A DNA stretch of 64,000 bases from a virus (taxonomy: Duplodnaviria; Caudoviricetes), in IMG/VR virus record IMGVR_UViG_3300022594_000001. The stretch is one strand, 5' to 3'. A program made the position numbers and the translations under genes. Of the stretch, positions 59,673 through 64,000 are shown in pieces (the stretch's first letter is position 1; each line of letters starts with the position of its first letter). Under the pieces are notes generated by a model. It saw only the letters and a list, made by a program, of their open reading frames with translations. It did no database searches and had not been told where the DNA came from.

Positions 59673-60349
59673 AAGTACGTGAAATTATAACAGAACTAGA
59701 CTTTATGGGCCACACCTGTACAAAGGACTGCTCAGGACATCGTGCAGGCTACGGATGGGCTCTAAGTCATGGTGGTGCTACAGCTCAAACTCCTAGCCCC
59801 AGCTTTAATAACGGAACAGAAATTGGCAACGGCAAGTTTAATCAACGTAAGCAAGGTGGCGGTAAGTTTCCACAGTATGTGAGTCAAACACCCAATGCTG
59901 TACGCAAGCGTATGGCTCGTGCGCAGGCCAAGCAGCAGCAACAAACTACTGTTGGACCAGTACAAGATACTACAATTAGCGAAGTAACAGCAGGGCAATA
60001 CGTAGCCAGTAACACAGTGGCTAGACTAGCTGACAGTCCTGTACTACAGCGCATATTTGGGCAGTACGGACCCGGTATGATGCAGGCTGCTACAGATATA
60101 GCACAAGGCAAATACAGCTCTGCACTAGTTAATGCGTTCCAAGCAGTAGCACCAGACTTACCCTTACCTAAGTTTGCACAAAACGGACTAAGTGCTCTTA
60201 GCGATATACAGCTACTGAGCAACATAGTTCGAATGGGTCCAGCAGCAGTGGGAACATTCCTAATGCTGTATTCAAAGGGCGCAGGCGAGGGTGAAGATGC
60301 TGAAATAGCACGTATACACCAACAACAAGATCGAGCAATGAAACGATGA
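59669..60349 (+). CDS. putative internal head protein
   Basis: MKVREIITE leader; CTKDCSGHRAGY motif. Confidence 0.55.
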   Translation: MKVREIITELDFMGHTCTKDCSGHRAGYGWALSHGGATAQTPSPSFNNGTEIGNGKFNQRKQGGGKFPQYVSQTPNAVRKRMARAQAKQQQQTTVGPVQDTTISEVTAGQYVASNTVARLADSPVLQRIFGQYGPGMMQAATDIAQGKYSSALVNAFQAVAPDLPLPKFAQNGLSALSDIQLLSNIVRMGPAAVGTFLMLYSKGAGEGEDAEIARIHQQQDRAMKR

Positions 60350-61023
60350 GATTTAGAGAATTTATTATAGAGTCAGAAGATCCACTTGGCGATCTAATCA
60401 AACAAAAGACTAGCACAGACCCTCTAGATCAATTAGTCAACATGTTTATCAGTGCCGAGCAGCCTGCCGCACCAGTTAAATCACCAGTAGTCAAAGCACC
60501 GCAAACTGCACAGGCAAAACCCTTGCCACAACAAGTACAACAGCCAGCTAAACCACAACTACAACAAGCAGCCTTGCCCAGTATACCCTCACGCCCAGGC
60601 GCAGTAAGTTGGCAAGCGGTCAGTAACTATCTAGCACAAAAGGGCTTGAGCAAACAGCATATTATAGGCATGCTGGCTAACATAGAACACGAGTCAGGCT
60701 TTGTACCTAGCACACAAGTAGTAGACTCAAACGGATTGCCATCAGGCGGATTGTTCCAACATAACGGCCCACGCTTTCAAGCACTACAACAGCGTCTAGG
60801 ACAAGCATGGGCAAAGAATTGGCAAGGGCAAGTAGACTATGCTCTAGCTGAGCCAGATGGACAGAAGTATATAGGATTAAAGTTCAAAGATCCGCATCAA
60901 GCATCAAAGTGGTGGACACTGCATTTTGAACGTCCAGCACAAGCACAAAAGCAAGCTACTAAGCGTAGTCAAACGGCAGCCAAATTTGCAGCTCAACCTA
61001 TAGCCCAAAACGCAAAGCGTTAA
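60346..61023 (+). CDS. phage tail lysozyme-domain protein
   Basis: GMLANIEHESGF (catalytic Glu), GGLFQH, Q.DY...E, FERPA. Confidence 0.75.
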   Translation: MRFREFIIESEDPLGDLIKQKTSTDPLDQLVNMFISAEQPAAPVKSPVVKAPQTAQAKPLPQQVQQPAKPQLQQAALPSIPSRPGAVSWQAVSNYLAQKGLSKQHIIGMLANIEHESGFVPSTQVVDSNGLPSGGLFQHNGPRFQALQQRLGQAWAKNWQGQVDYALAEPDGQKYIGLKFKDPHQASKWWTLHFERPAQAQKQATKRSQTAAKFAAQPIAQNAKR

Positions 61024-61024
61024 G
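61009..61024 (+). repeat. GNA-triloop hairpin direct repeat, copy 1
   Basis: AACGCAAAGCGTTAAG; matches 61717-61732 at 15 of 16 nt. Confidence 0.75.
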
Positions 61025-61026
61025 AT

Positions 61027-61704
61027 TTACAATCCCCTACTATCCGGTGGTCCAGTTCTGCGTACAGCATGAATGCCCTTTGACAAGGGTTTATTATTGT
61101 GACGTTTAGTTAATGCAGGGTTAGAACTAGTCTTAAGTCTAGCAGCCAAGTGTTGATCTTTTAATTCTTCATAGTTAGGTTGTTTTCTTAAGTGCCGCCA
61201 AACAGCAGTCTTCTTTACTAAAGATCCGATCTTATCTACTATCTCAGGCAATTGATACCCATTAGTATACAAGTTAACAATCTTAGCGCCTATTTCTGGA
61301 GTAACTTTGAAATTAACAAGACCATCAGGTTCTGCTCGTCGTAAAGACATTACTCTATAAAATTCCTCATCCCCTATCAACTTTCTAATTAGATAATGCA
61401 CAGTAGCAGCTTGGTTGTAGCCATATTCTTTTTCTATTTGTGATAGCGAAGCGCCTGATAAAAACAATTTAACAATACGATCACGATCTTCATCAGTTAA
61501 GGCACGTGTTGTCGACACTATTTTGCCTTTACGATCAGGATAGTATTTTCTAAGAATATGATCAACACTATTTACTGTCATACCTAGTGCAGCAGCAATT
61601 TCACGTTGCTGCTTTCCTTGATCCCACAGGCCCTTAATCCGATCAACTGTAGCTGGGTCAGTCGTAACAGTTGGGCCTTCAGATATAATTTCGAAAATCT
61701 TCAT
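61027..61704 (-). CDS. triple helix-turn-helix protein with head-protein-like leader
   Basis: MKIFEIISE; three repeats like I..L...G....EI...G.....V...LR. Confidence 0.65.
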   Translation of the reverse strand: MKIFEIISEGPTVTTDPATVDRIKGLWDQGKQQREIAAALGMTVNSVDHILRKYYPDRKGKIVSTTRALTDEDRDRIVKLFLSGASLSQIEKEYGYNQAATVHYLIRKLIGDEEFYRVMSLRRAEPDGLVNFKVTPEIGAKIVNLYTNGYQLPEIVDKIGSLVKKTAVWRHLRKQPNYEELKDQHLAARLKTSSNPALTKRHNNKPLSKGIHAVRRTGPPDSRGL

Positions 61705-61715
61705 ACGTGTATTTA

Positions 61716-61786
61716 TAACGCGAAGCGTTAAGCGGTTTTTTAAGCTCGCGAAGCGCAGCGTAAAAGCCTACTGCTACGAAGTAGCA
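61716..61786 (+). repeat. cluster of three GAA-triloop hairpins (includes direct repeat copy 2)
   Basis: TAACGC-GAA-GCGTTA, CGC-GAA-GCG, TGCTAC-GAA-GTAGCA. Confidence 0.8.
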
Positions 61787-61822
61787 CAGCGGTAAAACGC
61801 GATACGAGCGTAACTGCTAGCA

Positions 61823-62038
61823 TTACCTCTCACTGTCCTTCAACCTATCGCATATACCCTTAATCAACCTGTGCCGTTCACTGACGTCTACCCTTGATGC
61901 ACTTATACGCTCAATATCATCTAGCGCAGTTTCAAGCAGTTCGATTCTGTTGAGCGCAGTATAGTAACGCTCACGCAATGTGCTAGCTTGTAGAACGCTG
62001 ATGAGTTTGGCTAGTAGGATGGGAATAAGGTTATGCAC
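61823..62038 (-). CDS. hypothetical early protein
   Basis: GTG start 6 nt after TATACT. Confidence 0.55.
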   Translation of the reverse strand: MHNLIPILLAKLISVLQASTLRERYYTALNRIELLETALDDIERISASRVDVSERHRLIKGICDRLKDSER

Positions 62039-62044
62039 TGTTTT

Positions 62045-62073
62045 AGTATACAGTCAGAAATGGGTATTTGCAA
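62045..62073 (-). promoter_or_regulatory. sigma70-type early promoter
   Basis: TTGCAA-17-TATACT. Confidence 0.75.
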
Positions 62074-62077
62074 CCTA

Positions 62078-62558
62078 AAATTTTCTAGCGCAAAAAAAAT
62101 TAGTGGAGTACTTAGGATTTCGGTGGGGTCAGTTTTGGATCGGGAACGAATGGTTTTTGGCTTGTGGGATAGGCTAGTTTAAATGGTAAACTAGTGCGCC
62201 AATTGGGATTTGGGTATAGCATAGATTAGGCTAAAAATTCTATATAAAACGCTAGAGCTGCGAGTATAGTGATTGTATAGATCCAACCGTAAGTTTGCCA
62301 ATGAGTCAGCTCAGAACTAGAGTAGACACGGTAGAAACAGTCGTAGTCTGGGTCGTAGCGATACTGCTTACCTTTGTGTACTATGTAGTGTAGATATTCG
62401 TCATTGTAGTCCATACTAGTATATAGTAGAGAATAGTTCTGGTGGGAGACAATTATGACGGGGTTTTAACGGGCCCAGAATTGGTCCCTTGCTCCGCAAA
62501 ATCTAGTCGCGCAAAAAATATAAAAGAAGTACTTACAGATTCATGATGGTGATTTTGC
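62078..62558 (+). repeat. pair of about 60-bp imperfect direct repeats (62078-62138 and 62498-62558)
   Basis: TCTAG..CGCAAAAAA.AT....G.AGTACTTA..GATT.C...TGG....TTTTG in both copies. Confidence 0.6.
62226..62414 (-). CDS. small membrane protein
   Basis: KGK.YRYDPDYD.FY..., C-terminal hydrophobic segment. Confidence 0.55.
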   Translation of the reverse strand: MDYNDEYLHYIVHKGKQYRYDPDYDCFYRVYSSSELTHWQTYGWIYTITILAALAFYIEFLA

Positions 62559-62780
62559 GTCTATACCCACTGAAATTTGCACGCCAAAATTAACAATTAA
62601 GTATTAATTAAAAACGTATAGCCGGCCACCACTTTTAAAAAAAATCTTTTTATATAGCCCCGACCGTTGAAATCTTTGAAACCTTTCAGTCGCTCCGGGG
62701 CTAGGTCCACAAGCTCGACACACAGCCCCACAAGAGCAGCGGTTGCTGCTGGCGATAAGGTATGGCTCTGCACAGCCGTT

Positions 62781-62816
62781 AAAAAGCCCTACAAGCTATT
62801 AACTGCGTGTAGGGCT
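62781..62816 (-). terminator. intrinsic terminator
   Basis: AGCCCTACA...TGTAGGGCT followed by a T-tract on the minus strand. Confidence 0.6.
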
Positions 62817-62838
62817 AGTAGGCTATGCTAGTGCTAGC

Positions 62839-63204
62839 TTAGTGTAAGCGTAGCTTGCTTAGGAGTGCGTCCGTTGCCCGTTTAGCTTGTGCATCAGCGC
62901 CCTGTGCGCTTACAATGTGTTGCGTAATGTCTAGCTCTGCACTGCCTGCTAAGTCTGCTACATGCTTTAACAGTGTGTCCATTACTGCACTTGCGCCAGC
63001 GTTCAGCTTTAACTGTGCTTCTAGCATATTAGCCATGTGCATTTGTATGTGTTGCTCGTAGTCGTGTGCATAGTTTGTAGCAATCCACTCTGCTACTTCT
63101 ACTTCGTCTTCTAGCTCTTTAACAAAAATAGCCAGCGTAATCATCTTGTTGTGCTCGTGTGCTTGCCCAATAAACGCTTTTTTAAGTTCCGCAGTTGTAG
63201 TCAT
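62839..63204 (-). CDS. hypothetical early protein (helical)
   Basis: SD AGGAG; upstream promoter. Confidence 0.7.
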   Translation of the reverse strand: MTTTAELKKAFIGQAHEHNKMITLAIFVKELEDEVEVAEWIATNYAHDYEQHIQMHMANMLEAQLKLNAGASAVMDTLLKHVADLAGSAELDITQHIVSAQGADAQAKRATDALLSKLRLH

Positions 63205-63245
63205 CTTGCGCTCCTAGTAGTTGCACTGCCCGTTGCAGTATTACA

Positions 63246-63273
63246 AGTATAACACCTTTTGTTAGTTGTGCAA
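63246..63273 (-). promoter_or_regulatory. sigma70-type early promoter (extended -10)
   Basis: TTGCAC-16-TGT-containing spacer-TATACT. Confidence 0.65.
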
Positions 63274-63346
63274 AAGTCGTTTGTTGTATTTGTGCAACAT
63301 GTGTTAGCCATACGCTAGTTGTTCACGTTATACCTCGGGGCAGCAG

Positions 63347-63449
63347 TTAGCCCCAATGGGCAAAAGTAAACAGCAGCGTTGCGCAGCATTGGGGCTAAAC
63401 CCCAATGAGCGCAGCTAACACATTGTCATTGGGGCTCAGCGTTAGCCCC
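63347..63449. repeat. array of TAGCCCCAATG motifs in alternating orientation
   Basis: Copies at 63347(+), 63387(-), 63400(+, partial), 63427(-), 63442(+, partial). Confidence 0.75.
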
Positions 63450-63497
63450 TGGGTGCATTCTGCAGTAGTCTCTGTGGCTTATACGTCGTGCAGAGTC

Positions 63498-63524
63498 AAA
63501 AAAAACCCGGAGTATTAGTCCGGG
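63498..63524 (-). terminator. intrinsic terminator
   Basis: CCCGGA-CTAATAC-TCCGGG-T8 on the minus strand. Confidence 0.7.
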
Positions 63525-63564
63525 CTGTAAAAGTTGCCTTAGCGCAACTAGGAGGGTAAACTTG

Positions 63565-63741
63565 TTATGCTTCGCCTTCTATGCGTAGCATTATTAATCC
63601 TGCAAACATCAAGCAACAGCCGCCTAGGCTAACGAAGAAACTACCAAACACTTGCCAGTTGTTTAGTGCTGTCTCTACCCCGCCTACGCCACCAAATGCA
63701 ATCAATAAACCTAGTAACAATACTGCTCCGCCTTTAGTCAT
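63565..63741 (-). CDS. small two-TM membrane protein (58 aa)
   Basis: MTKGGAVLLLGLLIAFGGVGGVE...; SD AGGAG; not in the ORF track. Confidence 0.6.
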   Translation of the reverse strand: MTKGGAVLLLGLLIAFGGVGGVETALNNWQVFGSFFVSLGGCCLMFAGLIMLRIEGEA

Positions 63742-63742
63742 A

Positions 63743-63904
63743 TCAAACTCCTTGTGGTGTTGTTAAAATAATTGTACGCTTAAACACACGCTCGTCAATG
63801 TCTATTAGCCTACTACGTCTAATAGCCTGCTTGCGACTAGGCGCCCAAATTTCTACGCAAACTGTACGACTAGCAAGTGCAATGGCAATAGTGTATTTGT
63901 TCAT
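63743..63904 (-). CDS. hypothetical early protein (53 aa)
   Basis: MNKYTIAIALASR...; ATG 6 nt after TATACT; not in the ORF track. Confidence 0.55.
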   Translation of the reverse strand: MNKYTIAIALASRTVCVEIWAPSRKQAIRRSRLIDIDERVFKRTIILTTPQGV

Positions 63905-63910
63905 GTAGCT

Positions 63911-63938
63911 AGTATACAGTCATTTTGAGCGTGTGCAA
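63911..63938 (-). promoter_or_regulatory. sigma70-type early promoter
   Basis: TTGCAC-16-TATACT. Confidence 0.7.
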
Positions 63939-64000
63939 CAATTATTTTTGTCTGTTGTAAAGTCACACGCCGCTGCGGTAGTTGCAGATTGGGCAGCTGG

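Noticed and set aside
1533-63766. Many alternative-frame and antisense ORFs in the track (e.g. 1533..1865, 9279..9704, 14058..14450, 26535..26891, 39199..39642, 43216..43569, 59884..60225, 63581..63766)
   Set aside because: They are shadows of well-supported genes, arise from biased codon usage, and have no SD, promoter or motif.
1-64000. CRISPR array, tRNA, rRNA, integrase/transposase, reverse transcriptase/DGR
   Set aside because: No regular repeat-spacer array, cloverleaf or corresponding protein motifs were seen by eye; a tRNAscan/CRISPR finder run would confirm.
1-64000. Stop-codon reassignment
   Set aside because: Core genes (terL, gp18, uvsX, gp41) are full length in code 11 and pack tightly.
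62680-64000. Apparent lack of GATC in the early region (restriction-site avoidance)
   Set aside because: 1.3 kb is too short for significance without counting against the full genome.

Overview
A 64-kb segment of a large T4-like myophage. It is low in GC, uses standard code 11, and is probably aquatic, judging by the 2OG-Fe(II) oxygenases and carbamoyltransferases. The gene order is: tail-fibre/virion accessory genes with three Cys/Gly-rich paralogs; a reverse-strand carbamoyltransferase/SGNH-like/GT9-like operon; a 2546-aa repeat-rich virion protein; neck and tail genes (gp15/14/13, sheath, tube); terminase; a replication/recombination block (gp32, UvsX, UvsY, UvsW, a 188-aa mini-DnaE, primase, a half carbamoyltransferase, DnaB); an accessory island of putative capsid-packaged proteins and oxygenases; and a hairpin/repeat-rich junction near 61.7-63.5 kb that looks like a genome end or origin. 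The most unusual signals are the miniature C-family polymerase with all catalytic motifs, a triple-HTH gene flanked by GNA-triloop hairpin direct repeats, a systematic leaderless promoter architecture, and a Tat-signal protein with a leader-only mini-ORF. No tRNA, rRNA, CRISPR array or integrase was seen. All product calls come from recognised motifs and synteny; no database searches were run.
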